A stretch of 64,000 bases of DNA from the human T2T-CHM13v2.0 reference genome, Homo sapiens: assembly GCF_009914755.1 (NCBI RefSeq), contig NC_060927.1; one strand, 5' to 3'. A program made the position numbers and the translations under genes. The notes beneath the pieces were generated by a model. The model did no database searches, was not told the origin of the DNA, and saw only the letters and a list, made by a program, of their open reading frames with translations. This document shows positions 14,567-28,614 of this stretch, one piece after another. How positions within the stretch are numbered: the first letter of the stretch is position 1; every line of letters starts with the position of its first letter.

Positions 14567-17419
14567 TTAGATGAAATGAACCAATTCCTTGAAAGACATA
14601 GTTTGCCAAAACTCACACAAGAAGAAATAGATAATCTGAATAGTCCCAGGTCTAGCAAAACATTGAATCAATTAATAACCTTCCAAAACAGAAAGCAGTA
14701 GGCCAGATGGGTTCACTAGTGAGTTCTACCAAACATTTAAAGAAGAAATTATACAAATTATCTTTAATATTTTTCAGAAGATATTAGCAGAAGGAATACA
14801 GCCTAATTCTTCCAATAAGACCATCATTACCAGATAAGATTATTACAAGAAAAGAAAACTAAAGAACAGACCAATATCTTTCATAAACATAAATGCAAAA
14901 ATCCTCAAAATACATTAGCAAATAGAATCCAACAATGTATAAAAAATTACACACCACAATCAAGTGGGATTTATTGCATGCAGGCAAGACTGGTTCAACA
15001 TCTGAAAATAAATTATGCAATCCATCACATTGACAGGCTAAAAAAGAAAAATTGCATGATCATATCAATAGACTGGGGGAAAAGCATTTGACAAAACCAA
15101 TATAATAAAAATTCTCAGTAAAATAGAAATAAAGGGAAACTTTGTCAACTTGATAAAAACAATCTACAAAAATCCTACAGCTAACATCATACTTAATGAT
15201 AAGAAACTGTAAACTTTTTCACTAATATCAAAAACAAACCAAGGATCCTCTCTCACCACTTCTTTGCAATATTGTGCTGGAATTCCTAGCTAATGCAATA
15301 AAACATGAAAAGCAGATAAAAAGTCTACAAATTGGAAAGTAAGAAATAAAATTGTCTTCATTCACAGATGACATGATCATCAATGTTGAAAATGCAAAAT
15401 AAGAGTAAAAAACTCTCCTGGAACTAATAAGTGATTATACCAAGATTGCAGAATATGAAGAATAAGCTTAGTAAATTGTTTTCCTATATATAGCAATGAA
15501 CAAGTGAAATTTTAATTTAACCATATAATACCAAATCTACATGCAGAAAACTACAAAACTGATGAACATCAAAGAACTAAGTAATTAAATATTTTATGTT
15601 CATGGATAGAAAAACTCAAGATTGTCAAGATGTTAGTTCTTCCCAATTTGATGAAGTTCCAATGCAATCTCAATAAAAATTCCAGGAAATTATTTCATGG
15701 ATATTGAAAAACTAATTCTAAAATGTATATAGAGAGGGAAAAGACCCTAAATACCCAATGTAATATTGAAGGAGAAAAACAAAATTGGAGGACGAAGACA
15801 AGACCCAACTTAAAGACTTACAATAAAGCTGCAGTATTCTAGATAACATGGTATTGGTAAAAGAATAGATGAATAGATCAGTGAAACAGAGCAGGGAGTC
15901 CAGACGTAGACCCACACAAAGACATCAACTGACCTTTGACAAATGAGCAAAGGCAATACAATGAAAAAAAGATAGTCTTTTCAACAAATAATGCTGAAAC
16001 AACTAGACATTCACATGCAAATAATAATAAAAGACAGATAAAATAAAAGATGTAGACCTTACACTCTTCACAAAAATTAACTCAAAATAGATCATGGATC
16101 TAAATGTAAAATGCAAAACTATAAAACTCCTTGAAGAAAACATAGGAGAAAATCTAAATTGCCTTGGCTTTGGCAATCACTTTTTAGATACAACAACAAA
16201 ACATCTTCCATGAGAGAAATAATTGATAAGCTAGACTGTATGAAAATTGAAATTTTCTGCTCTACAAAAGGCAATGTCAAGAGAATGAGAAGATAAGCTA
16301 ATACTAAAATAAAATATTTGCAAAAGATGTATCTGATTAAAAAACTTATCTAAAATATACAAAGGACACTTGAAAGTCATCAATAAGCAAATAAACAACC
16401 CAATTAAAAATGGTTTAAATATCTTAAGAAGCACCTCACCAAAGAAGATATACAGATGAAAAATGAACATATAAAAAGATGCTTCACATCATATCTTTAG
16501 GGAAACACAAATTAAAACAACAATGAAATACCACTACGCACTTATTAGAATGGCCAAATTTCAAAACAGTGATTATATCAATAGCTGATGAGGATGTGGA
16601 GCTACTGGAACTCTTATTCATTGCTGGTGGGAATGCAAAATAATATAGGCACTTTGAAAAACAATTTGGTGGTTTCTTACAAAACTAAGCATATTCTTAC
16701 CACATGATCCAGCAATAATCATCCAGTAATAATGCTCCTTTATATCCAATCAAAGGAGCTGAAAACTTACACCCACAGAAGAATCTGCACATAGATGTTT
16801 ACTGCTGCTTTACTTATAATTACCAAAACTTGGAAGCAATCGAGATGTCCTTCAATAGGTGATTATATCAATGAACCGTGGTACATCCAAACAATGGAAT
16901 ATTATACAGCCCTAAAAAGAAACGAGCTGCAAGCTATAAAAAACATGGAGGAATCTTAAATGCATATTACTAAGTGACAGAAGCCAATCTGAAAAGGCTA
17001 CATATCACATGATTCCAACTATATTATATTATGGAAAAGGCAAAACTGTGGAGATAGTAAAAAGATCAGTGATTGGAACAGAGAGGCAGAACAGAGGATT
17101 TTCAGAATAGTGAAAATACTCTGTATGATATTATGATGGTGGATACATTGCATTATATATTTATCCCAACCCAAAGTATGTTCAACACCAAGAGTGAACC
17201 TTGATGTAAACTAAGGACTTTGGGTGACCATAATGCATCAATGTAGGTTTATCAATTGTAACAAACGTACCATACTGTTGGGTAATGTTGATAATAAGGA
17301 AGATTATGTATGTGTGTATGTATGTATGTGTGACAGCAGGGGGTATATGGGAAATCTCTGTACCTTCCTCGCAATTTTGCTACAAAACTAAAAGTGCTCT
17401 AAAAAAATAACACCTAAGA

Positions 17420-19432
17420 AAAGTAACTTGCACATTTTAAAATAAGCAATGAGTCAAAGAAGAAATCATGAGAAAAATTAGACAACACTTTCAGAAGAGT
17501 CTAAATAAGACCCAATTCACCAAAACTTATGAAATGTAGCTATACAGTGATAAAGAGAAATTATAGCTGCCAATGCCTGTAGTAAAAAAGAAAAAGGATT
17601 CTACATCAATCAATTCACTTCCCACCCTGAAACACTGGAGAAACAAGATCAAACTAAACCTAGAACTAGTAGAAGGATAGCAATAATAAAGATTAGTATA
17701 GATGGATAATAATAAAGTAAAAAACAGAAAAACAACAGAGAAAATCAATGATAGCAAAATTACATTGTTTGAAAAGATCAGTAAAATGCAAAACCTCAAG
17801 TTAGATGTGTGTTTAAAAACTGGGAAGATTCAAATTACTGAAATCAAAAATGAAAGGACCTCTCTACTGACCATACAGAACAAAAAAGAGGAAAAAGGAA
17901 TCCTTTGAGCAATTGTAGGTTAACAAATTAGATAACAGATGAACAAATTACTAGAATGACATGAATTACTGGAACTACCTTCTCAAGAAATAGAAAATCT
18001 GAGAAATTAGTTTCTCAGATTAGACATATCATAAGTAGAGATTGGGTTAATTATTTTAAAACTTCTCACAAAGGAAAACCCCGGCCCAAATTGTTTTAGT
18101 GAATTATACCAAATATTTAAAAATTAATATAAATTATTCACAAATTTCTCCAAAATATAGAAGAAGAGAGACCACTTCCTACCTCATTCCATTAGGCCAA
18201 AGTTGCCATGATACAAAATAATACAAAGATATCACAAGAAAAAAAGCTACAGACTAATATTTTTTATAAGTATAGATGTAAAAATCTTCTACAAAATACT
18301 AGGAAACTAAATCTAACAACATATGCAAAGGATTAATTATACACTATGGTCAGGTGGATTTTATCTCAGGAAAACACGTTCATTCAACATCTGAAAACAA
18401 TGTAATACACCATGTCAATAGAATAAAGGACAAAAACCATATGATCATCTCAATAGATACAGAAAAAAGCACTTGACAAAATCCAACAAAGTTTCGTGAT
18501 AAGATCACTGAAAAAACTAGAAATATAAAAGAACTTCCTCACCTGGTAAGGGAATCTATTAAAAACCCACAGCTCACATCACACTTAATTGTGAAATAAT
18601 CAAAGCTTTCCCCCTAAAATCAAGAATAAGACAGGATGTCTGTTCACATCACTTCTATTCAACATAGTACTGGAGGTTCCAGACAGAGCAATGAGATAAG
18701 AAAATAAAAAGCATGTGGCTGGGCAGGGTGGCTCATGGCTGTAATCCCAGCAATCTGGGAGACCAAAGTGCGTGGCTCACTTGAGACCAGGAGTTCGAGA
18801 CCAGTCTGGGCAACATGAAGAAATCTCATCTCTACAAAAAATACAAAAATTAGCTGGGCATGGTGACACATGTCTGTAGTCCTAGCTTCTCAGGAGGCTG
18901 AGGTGGGAGGATTACTTGAGCCCTGAAGATAGAGGCTGTGGTGAGCCATGATCACACCACTGAATTTCAGCCTGGGCAACAGAGTGAGACCCTGTGTCAA
19001 AATAAACAAATAAATAAATAAACTAACAAATAGCAGGCATCATTATTGAAAGAAACATAAAATATCTGTTTGCAGATGACATGATTTTGTGTATAGAAAA
19101 TTCTTAAAAATATACTTTTAAAAACTATTAGAACTAATAAAAATTCAACAAATTTGCATGATACAAGATGAACACAAAAATTATATTTTAATATACTAGC
19201 ATAGAGCATGCAGAAGTGAAATTAAGAAACAATTCCATTTACCACAGCATCAAAAAGAAAAAAATGCATAAGAACAAATTTAATAAGTGCAAAAGTGATA
19301 TACTGAAAACTAGGAAACATTTCTGAAGTAAGAATCTAAACAAATGGAACGATATCTCATGTTCATAGATCAGACATCCTATTGTTTAAATGGCAATACT
19401 CCCCAAATTAATCTGCAGATTCAACTCAATCC
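17420..19432 (+). mobile_element. Second old L1M ORF2 fragment
   Basis: Degenerate ORF2 motifs (ATATGATCATCTCAATAGA, CTGTTTGCAGATGACATGAT). Confidence 0.8.
18717..19031 (+). mobile_element. AluJ
   Basis: Diverged dimeric Alu with J-type GGAGGATTACTTGAGCCC; (TAAA)n tail. Confidence 0.88.
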
Positions 19433-20226
19433 CTCTCTATCAAAAAAAGCAAGGAGTAGAACAATGTATATTGTTCTGTATTACTTATATTTCCATAAAG
19501 AATGTCTAGAAACATTCACAAGAAACTAATGAAAGCATTTATGTATCATAATAGTTGGGTTGAAACTGGATAAATGTGGGGCAGGTTGACTATATATATT
19601 GTTTTTCTTTTTACACCCTGCATTATTTTTTAAAAGTATGGGAGAGGAGCAGGATTGGAAATTATCTTGCCCCACTCTAGCAGTCTGTAAGATAGACAAG
19701 CCTGGATTCATAGAATCAGACTAGAATGACTGACAAATAAGCAGTGTGTGGAGGTAATCCTCATAGGATGTGTGGCCGCCCATTACTTTGAACTTCCAGA
19801 GAATATTACTAACATCCATTGAAACAGGAACAAGTAAAGGGGAGAAAGGCTAGCTTACTTAATCCAATGGGATTTTAACTTCTTTATCACTATCCCCACA
19901 GCAGCTGTAGCGAGGGCCCTCACACATCTCTCCAGTCTTCCTTTTCCTCACACTGTCACCTCTTATCCAAAGTCAGAGGAAACCTAGAGAAGGTAGTAGA
20001 TTTTATCTATGAATGATCCTGCTGTGCAAAGGAGAAAAGATAGGGAAAGACTGGGAAAAAGAGCAGAGGAGTCAGAAGGAGTTCCTGCTGACTCTTTACC
20101 TAACTTGGGTACCACAGGGCAGGAGATAAACTTTGGAGAAGAGTGCAATTAAGCAAACGCCACTTCAGCTTTGATCTACATTTAATTTGTTCACATTTGA
20201 GGGTTCAGATCCAAAATGAAAAAGGG

Positions 20227-21960
20227 TTTTATGGCTGAATATTATTTCATTATATATGTAAACCACATTTCCTTTGTCTTTTTATCCACTGATAGACACT
20301 TAGTTTGATTCCATACCTTGGCTGTTGTGAATAGTGCTGTAATAAAAGTGGGAATACTGGTACCTCTTCAGCATACTGATTTCCTTTTTATGAGTATGTA
20401 TACCCAGCAGTGGGATTGCTGGATCATATGGCAGTTCCATTTTCAGTTTATTGAGGAACTTCTACACTGTTTTCTATAGTTACTGTACTACTTTAGATTC
20501 CTCCCAACAGTGTACTGGCATTCCCCTATCTCCACATCCTCACTAGTATTTGTTACTTTTTGTCTTTTTGATAACAGCCATTCTAACTGGGGTAGGTAAT
20601 ATCTCCTAGTGATTTTCATTTGTATTTCCCTCACAATCAGTGATATTGAATAGTTTTTCATATACTTCTTGGCCATTTGTATATCTTCTTTTGAGAAATG
20701 TCCATTCAGATCTTTTGCCCATTTTTAATTGCATTGATTTTTTGTTTTTTTTTGCTATTGATTTGTTAGTTCCTTACACATGCTGGTTATTAATCTCTTG
20801 TCAGACCAATAGATTGTAAGTATTTTCTCACATTCTGTAGGTTGTCTTTTCACTTTATTGATTGTTTTCTTTGCTGTGCAAAAGCTTTTTAGCTTATTGT
20901 AATTCCATTTGTCTATTGTTGTGTTGTCTGTGCTTTTGAGATCTTACCCCCCAAAATCTTTGCTCAGACCAAAGTCCTGTAGCATTTTCCTAGTGTTTTA
21001 GTAGTTTCATAGTTTCAAGTCTTGTAATGAAGTCTTTAACCCATTGTTAGTTGATTTTTGCATGTGGTGGAAGATAAAGATCTAGTTTCATTTTTCTGCA
21101 TATGAATATCCAGTTTATCCAGCACCATTTATTAAAGAGACTGTCCTTTCCCCCATGCATGTTCTTGATATCTTTGTCAAAAACCAACTGAGTGTAAGTG
21201 TATGGATTTACTTCTGGATTCTCTATTCTGTTGCATTCGTCTAGGTGTCTGTTTTATGCCAATATCATGCTGTTTGGGTTATTATAGCTGTGTAGTATAA
21301 TTTGAAATCAGAGCTTGTGATGCTTCTAGCTTTCTTCTTTTTGCTCAGGATGATTTTAGCTATTCAGGGACATTTGTGGTTCTATACATATTTTATATTT
21401 TTTTTATTTCTGTGAAGAATGTCATTGGAATCAAGCTTGAGCTTGTATACAGATTTTAACAATATTAAGTCTCTCAACTCATGAGCATAAATTTCCACCT
21501 TATCATTTGCAGCAGGATGTGTAGAACTGGAGGTCATTATGTTAAGTGAAATAAGCCAGGCTCACAACAACAGATATCACATGTTCTCATTCTTATGTGG
21601 GAGCTATAAAAGGGGGTCTTATGGAGGTAGAGGGTAGACTGGGAAGGGAAGAGGGATGGGGAGATGAAGAGAAGTTGGTTACGGAGTACAAAGACATGGT
21701 TGGATAGAAGGAATACGTTCTAGTGTAAAAGAGTACAGTAGGCAAATTATAGTTAGCAATAATTTATTGCATTTTTAAAAATAGCTAGAAGAAAAGAACT
21801 TTAATATTCCCAAAACAAATAAAATATAAATGTTTGAGGTGAGGGATATCCCAATTACCCTGATTTGGTTATTATTCATTGTATACAGTTTTCAAAATAT
21901 CACATGTACCCCCAAAATATGTAAAACTGTTATATACAAATAAATAACAAAACTAAAAAT
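20227..21960. mobile_element. L1MA with 5' inversion: antisense 20227-21488, sense 21503-21960
   Basis: The left end of the antisense part (rc TATTCAGCCATAAAA) is adjacent in L1 coordinates to the start of the sense part (TCATTTGCAGC..GAACTGGAGGTCATTATGTTAAGTG); L1MA-type 3'UTR and A-rich tail. Confidence 0.85.
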
Positions 21961-22165
21961 AACAGCTGTGCAAACATTTTTAAAAGGCTTGCTTTAAATG
22001 GGTTTCACATGAAAGTAGGAAAGGACTCTCTGGAGTCTTTACCATCTTTATGTGAGAAACACATTGGTCCCAGTGGTCTCTTTACCTTTCTTAGTCCATC
22101 CTTTCACTCTGTACATCTTTCTGAACTCAATGAATTATACACTATTGCTGCTTAATTGCTTTCAG

Positions 22166-22285
22166 AAATGGACCCCTGCACAGGTGGGAATGGATGTGTT
22201 CACATATGTCAGAGTGAGAATGGCACGGCCAGGTGTGCCTGTCATGCAGGGTACCAGCTGCCTGAAGATAAAAACATTTGTGAAG
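22166..22285 (+). pseudogene. EGFEM1P: Exon 1 in window (120 nt): EGF MDPCTGGNGCVHICQSENGTARCACHAGYQLPEDKNICE
   Basis: ttcag|..|gtagga, 6 Cys, open frame. Confidence 0.92.
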
Positions 22286-23978
22286 GTAGGAGACTGAAAC
22301 TGAAGGATTAATTGTGTAATTGTTTGAAATTTTGTGGTAATTCAGTTTTGAATAGTCAGAACAGCTAGGAGAAAAGGTGTTTTCGTTTATTCTTAAAAAG
22401 GAACATTTAAATTCTTATTTGATCATTTGAAAGCTATTTTTATACCATAAAACTTCAGTGAAATTCTTAGTAACATTTTAAAAAATGACATAGGATAGTT
22501 CCAGACTTAATACGTTTTGTTTCTCATTCTGAAGTGAATTCCAGAATTAATATTTCAAAATCTTCTATAGCCACACAGGAAGTTTTTTATTATAGGCTAC
22601 AGAAGGTGGGGATAACCTTTGAAAAGCAAGTATATGTAAATGAGTGTTTTCAGAAGTCAGGAATAATTAAAACAAAAAAGAAAGAACTCTATAAATACAA
22701 AATCACACATTTATCTTTCCTAGAACTAGCAAAACAGACATACTTTAATTCAAAGATGAAAGTGACAAATTCTTCCCTCACAAGAACTGATACATTAAGT
22801 AATTTCTCTGGGGCAGTCTTGTCAAAAGTCTCATTTTAATAACTTTTGAGAAATCACTTTTTTTATCATGATATTTTCATGAAATGAGAAACCATTTTTA
22901 TCATGATATTTTCATGAAATGAGAAACTATTTATTTGGAGTAACTACAAAAGTAATTATGACTTATGGGACTGATAAAAATTACGAAAAATAATTAGTAA
23001 TGGAAATTTGTGTTTTCATTTTTTTCTTTAGGTTGAAATTAAGATGATATTTTCTGTGGATTTTTTAAACACACTTTTCTAACAGAGAACATTTCTGCTT
23101 TGGTCCTCTGTTTCCACAGCACCTATCTAGCTCAGCACCTGGCACAGAATAGGATCATCTTAAATAAATATTTGAGGAAAACTGACAAATGTTTGCAGAC
23201 ATAGATATAGTTATGTATATTTATCTGTCTACTGACTTTCACACTCCTATTTTAACATCTGATACATTATTTATAGAAAATCTATCCTCAGAATTACTGC
23301 CTGCCTATTCTATTACAAATACATTAGAAGAATGAGTATTTCTCTTAAGCACCCTGGTGGGGATGATATGTAGTATGGAGGAAGAACCAGTTTAAAAAAA
23401 TGTGAGACCTATCCCCTTAAAGGGAGGAAGGAGAGATCGCCTGAGCCACACAACTGAAGTTACACACACTGAATAGAATTGACTACTGATATCAGGAGAG
23501 AGAGGGTATCAGTGTCTAAGTGGCATTCCCTTGTGACAATCACATGTATAACAGAAACCATGGATTGCTAAATATGAAGGCCCCTTATCTGCCTTGCCCG
23601 TGGCCACACATACTAATGTAAATCAAAGAGATAGTCCTAAAGACAAATTACAATGACTTCTTCCCTGCATTATAAGGAATAGATTAGGCCCATTTTTGTT
23701 TCATTTTCTCTTTTTTTCTTATTAATAGATACTATTAGGTTCTAATAGAAGTGTTTGAGAGCATAAGACCAACACTAGTGGTAATGTCATAAGCAGTCAG
23801 CTTATTCACAAATACTCCTTTATATAAAGAATATGGAACCTATGTGGTACTTACTGTTACAGTGGATGTTGGGGGTGGGGGTCAAGTGGGAGCAGGTGCA
23901 TTGGTCCATTATTGTAGTTTGTCAAAAAGTCATCATTATAGCTCCTAAGACATAGCTGTTGTGTCTGTCTTCCTGCAG

Positions 23979-24101
23979 ATATAAATGAGTGTGCTGAAGG
24001 TCTTTCTTACTGTGGCCACTGCTGTGTAAACTCTATGGGATCTTTCACTTGTGCCTGCCAAACTGGCTTTGAGCTGGGAGCTGATAGAAAACAATGTTAC
24101 A
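23979..24101 (+). pseudogene. EGFEM1P: Exon 2 (123 nt): cbEGF DINECAEGLSYCGHCCVNSMGSFTCACQTGFELGADRKQCY
   Basis: tcctgcag|..|gtaatt; Ca-binding DINEC and N..GSF consensus. Confidence 0.95.
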
Positions 24102-24699
24102 GTAATTGGCAACAGTCACAGCCCAGGTAATGTGTGGCATTTTACAGGTATTAAACATGAGTAATACATAAGAGAATTACATTGTGTGTCTTGCTAAAGC
24201 AGGAGCTCCTGAGAAGGATGTGGATGGAGGCTTAAAAATCCAACCCCTTTATTTTATAGGTGAGAAAACAGAGGCCCAGAGTCAATGGAGAATGGTTTGC
24301 AAAATAATCTGTAGTGTCATTAGCAAGGATTAAGCCTCAGGTTTTCTGACTTGGGGCTTTGTTGGGTTCATAGATCTTTGTGAAAATTCTGCCTTCCTTT
24401 ATCAGTTCTGCCATGCAATATTTATTGAACACTAATAACTCCATTGTAAAACTCAAGAGAAAGGAAAGAGCAGGAGTGAAGGAACCACCGTACAAGAAGC
24501 AGCTCTAAGCTGCAATACCATGCCTCATGCATTGGATGTTCTAATGAGAATCTTCCACATTGGCCCTCCCCCTCCCTCCCTCATTTCCTTTCATTATGCC
24601 TATTGAGCAGCTGCTTCCTGCTTTGTCTTTTCTTCCACTGATTCATTTCCCTATCCCTTCTCTTCAAAACATTCATGATCCATATCATATAACCTTAGC

Positions 24700-26520
24700 A
24701 TCTTCCTCCCTAGGCTCAGTTATACAACTAAATATATCCCTTTTTAGGAACATATTAAAATGTTAATATGCTGAGCGATTAGCTATAGTTGCTATTACAA
24801 CTATGTTCTCCTCACACGTCATCCCCACTGGTCCACTACTTAATCTGTAGATGAGCACACTTTCTACTTTACTAAGCTTTAATCTATCTGATACAAATTT
24901 CCTCAAGTTCAATGTTTTCTACCTCAACATTTGCCATCCTCATCCATCTCTACTTCTGTCCTTTTCTAAATGGCAGATTTTTTTTTCTTATTTTTATGGC
25001 TGATTTCTCCATCTCTGTCTCAGTACATCAAGAGACAGAGGTCTTGGTACATCAACAATTCATTTTTCTTCTTCATCTTCTTCTTCATCTTCAGACTCTA
25101 TCTTTCTCTCAGTGACTTCTTCCTTCTTTTTCCAGTTCACGACTATACTTTACCAGGTAAATTTTACTATGTTGAAAACATAACCATGCTAACTGGTTTT
25201 GCTTTAAATTCAGGATCATAAATCTTAAATGATTAAGCAGCATTGGTGGACAAACATACTGTCAGAATATGTCTACTTTTACCCTCATCAAAATAAGTGT
25301 TTAACATCTCTTCCAAAACTTTATATCACCCTCCTTTTGACCTTTGTCCTCATCTCATCTCTTAGGTCATCAAATAATAAATGCAAACTGTCATCCAAGG
25401 TAACAATTAAACCAAAGTCTCCCATAGATTCACATGGAAAGGCTTCAGTCCTATTAATATGAAGCAGGTAGCCCTATTACTATCAAAGGTCATCTTCTCC
25501 ATGGAGCTTTGGGTTCCATTCTCTCTTCACATCTGAAGATCTTTGCTTTTGCAATTATTTCCCTCTTTTCTGAATTATCAGTTCTTTCTTCTGCATCATT
25601 TTCATCAGCATAACAACATGGCCAAGTATCTTCTGTCTTTAAAGTACTTTCACATGAGTCCATATTTCATAAAAGCTAATGTCTGACTCTATAGCCAATG
25701 TCTCCTCTTTCTCATCTTGCATTCTCTCATCAGCCCATACTAATCAAGTTTTCATCTCTACTCTGCCACTTGTCACCCATGACCTCTATGCTACCAGATT
25801 GGATGGTAGCTTCTTCAATTTTATCCTAATTGACCTCTCAGTAGTTTTCAACACTTCTGACTACCCTCAAGTCAGGCAAAGTTCCTGCCTTTATGGAACT
25901 TAAATTCCTACAGAGGAGATAGAAAACAGGAAATTAATCAAAGAAATGTATACTATTATCTTATATAGTGTTAATATGCAATGAGAAGATCCAAGAAAAA
26001 GGAGCAGTAATAACTAAGACCCTAAGGTAGGGCTGAGCTTGATGTTTCAGGAAACAGAAAACCAGTGTGGGCTGGAAAAGAATGAACAAGGTGTAGAGAC
26101 AGTCAATGAGAGCAGTAGGCAGGGAAAGGGAACAATCAGATTATACTAGACTTGGCCATCGCAAGCGGTTTGAATTTTATTCCAAATGTGACAAGAAGGC
26201 ATTGGGTAGTTTTGAACAAACAAAAGAGTTCAAGAAGAGCAAAAGAGTTCTTCTCAAAACACTCTTCACTTCTGTGTTACTACATTTTTCTAGTATTTCT
26301 TTCCATCTCTGGCCCTTCTCTCAATGTAAAATTTATCCAACTGCTCTCCTTTTAACTACATATGAATATACCAAACTATTCCGCATCACTACCTGCATGA
26401 CTGGTAGGCATTTCCCACTTGGTAGAACCAAAACAGAAATGCTGATTTTGAGTCCGAGTCCCAAAGAGCCTTTTCTCAGTTCTTCACATATTAATCAATC
26501 ATCCATTTAGTGACAAAGTC
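24700..26520 (+). mobile_element. Ancient L2 fragment, interrupted at 25868-26249
   Basis: Pyrimidine-rich L2 motifs (TTGACCTCTCAGTAG, CCATGCTAACTGG..TTTAAATTCA). Confidence 0.65.
25868..26222 (+). repeat. Direct duplicate copy A1 (355 bp) of 28695-29039
   Basis: About 95% identical by eye to 28695-29039, with 10 extra nt (TTATACTAGA). Confidence 0.95.
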
Positions 26521-27365
26521 AAGAACTCAGTGACAGAAAATTAATAAGTGACTGAACTAGGATTTGACCTAGAGTCTTCCTGCCTCAGATATAATATCCT
26601 TTCAGCTTCATCATGTGTTTATATACGTTATGTCTCTTTATTAGTTTTAATGAAGGAACAAATAAAGATGGTGATATATAAAATAAATATTTAAGCTTTC
26701 TTACCTGAGCTCTTTCATGAAGAGATATTATTAGAGTAACTAAATTCCTCATTCTTCCTTCCGACATAAAATTCTATGTGTCTTTAATTCTACGCTCCTT
26801 AAGGTCTGTTGGTATATTTTTATTGCTTAAAGACTACATTTTTGCTACAGTGATATTTGCCTTTTAAAGAGCAAACTAAATAAGATGGGAGAGAAATTTG
26901 ACTACTAATTAAGATACAACTTCCTCTGAAGTCAGGCTTTTTTTTTTAATGCCCTAAGGAGTCCTTTCAGGCCGAGAAAAGTGTGGAAGGATTTTTCTTT
27001 GCCTTAAGTATTTTGGCTTTAATGTGACCAGAGGTTTAGGGGATGAGTATATTTTACAAGTGTATGAAATTAAACCTCTTGTAATCTGACTGGTGCTTCC
27101 TCAGTTATCAGGAAAGAGGGGGTCATTATTGATAAGTTAGGAGGTACATACAAGTTTTCTGTAGAATTTACTTGGGAAAGAAATTTGCTCTCAAGTTGAA
27201 TACATTTGGTAGAAGTTTATTTTTACATTTATTTTCCTTCTGTGAATATTTGGCTAAGCTCTTTCTGCAGTCCTCACCAGACCTCAATATTTACTAACTG
27301 AAATACAAACCTTTCCTAGTGAAAACTGGTCTTTTGACTTGTTTCAAAACCTATAGATGGAATAA

Positions 27366-27735
<370 letters not shown>

Positions 27736-28614
27736 GAGTATGATGATATTTAACAATGAATTATGTGCCCATCATCTAAAGTACGTTTTGAAATGATGCT
27801 TTTTTCTTTTTTAGAGAACAGTGTTTTATATTTATGTAGTTTTTTCTCAACAGGTCTCAAAACACTTTGCAGTATAACCATTGAATCTTCATAGTGTACT
27901 ATGAATTAGCTATCATTGTCTTATAATTAGAAATTGGAAAATTTGACATACAGAACACTTCCTTCAAATTACCAAGCAATATGTAATATAGTTTAACTAT
28001 TTCACACATATTTAATGTACATCTTATCTAGCAAGCAAACAATATATTTGCTACTTATAAAAATGTTTTAAGTATGATTTCTAAAGTACTATAATAAAAA
28101 CATTTTTTATCATCTGAATCAAAGAATCAAAATCTCAGCTTGCATCTGGTAGGTAGTTATGGATCTGAGTTTGCACTTTTTTTAGTTCCATATATCTTTA
28201 AAGAAGTGACCATGGTATCATTTATATTCAAATCCAATTACCACCAGCAGTCTAAAGCTGTATTGATGCAATATCACTGGAAAAGAGCATGAATAAGAGA
28301 AGCCTATGTAAAAATTGTCAAATGGATACTTTCACCTCTCTTCCCCCCTGAAAAAATCAATTAATATTAGAAATTTATTATAGTTTTCAGTATTTTAAAT
28401 ATAACCTAATCCAGGGATCAAAACTCTAACACCAACACAAGACAGGCAATAAATATAAATGTGTAAGACAGGCTAAGCATAAAAGATAGGAAATTGTAAG
28501 GACTGTTTTGAACTGGAGAGGGAGTTTTGGGCCTAGAGAGGACAGCTATTGCTTGATTGCTTGCCTCCAGCTAACTGTCACCTAGAGGGAGTGTGATGCC
28601 AGTGTACTAGACCC

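Noticed and set aside
26106-26510. 134-aa ORF crossing the duplication junction
   Set aside because: Made of L2 fragments and filler; no coding signature
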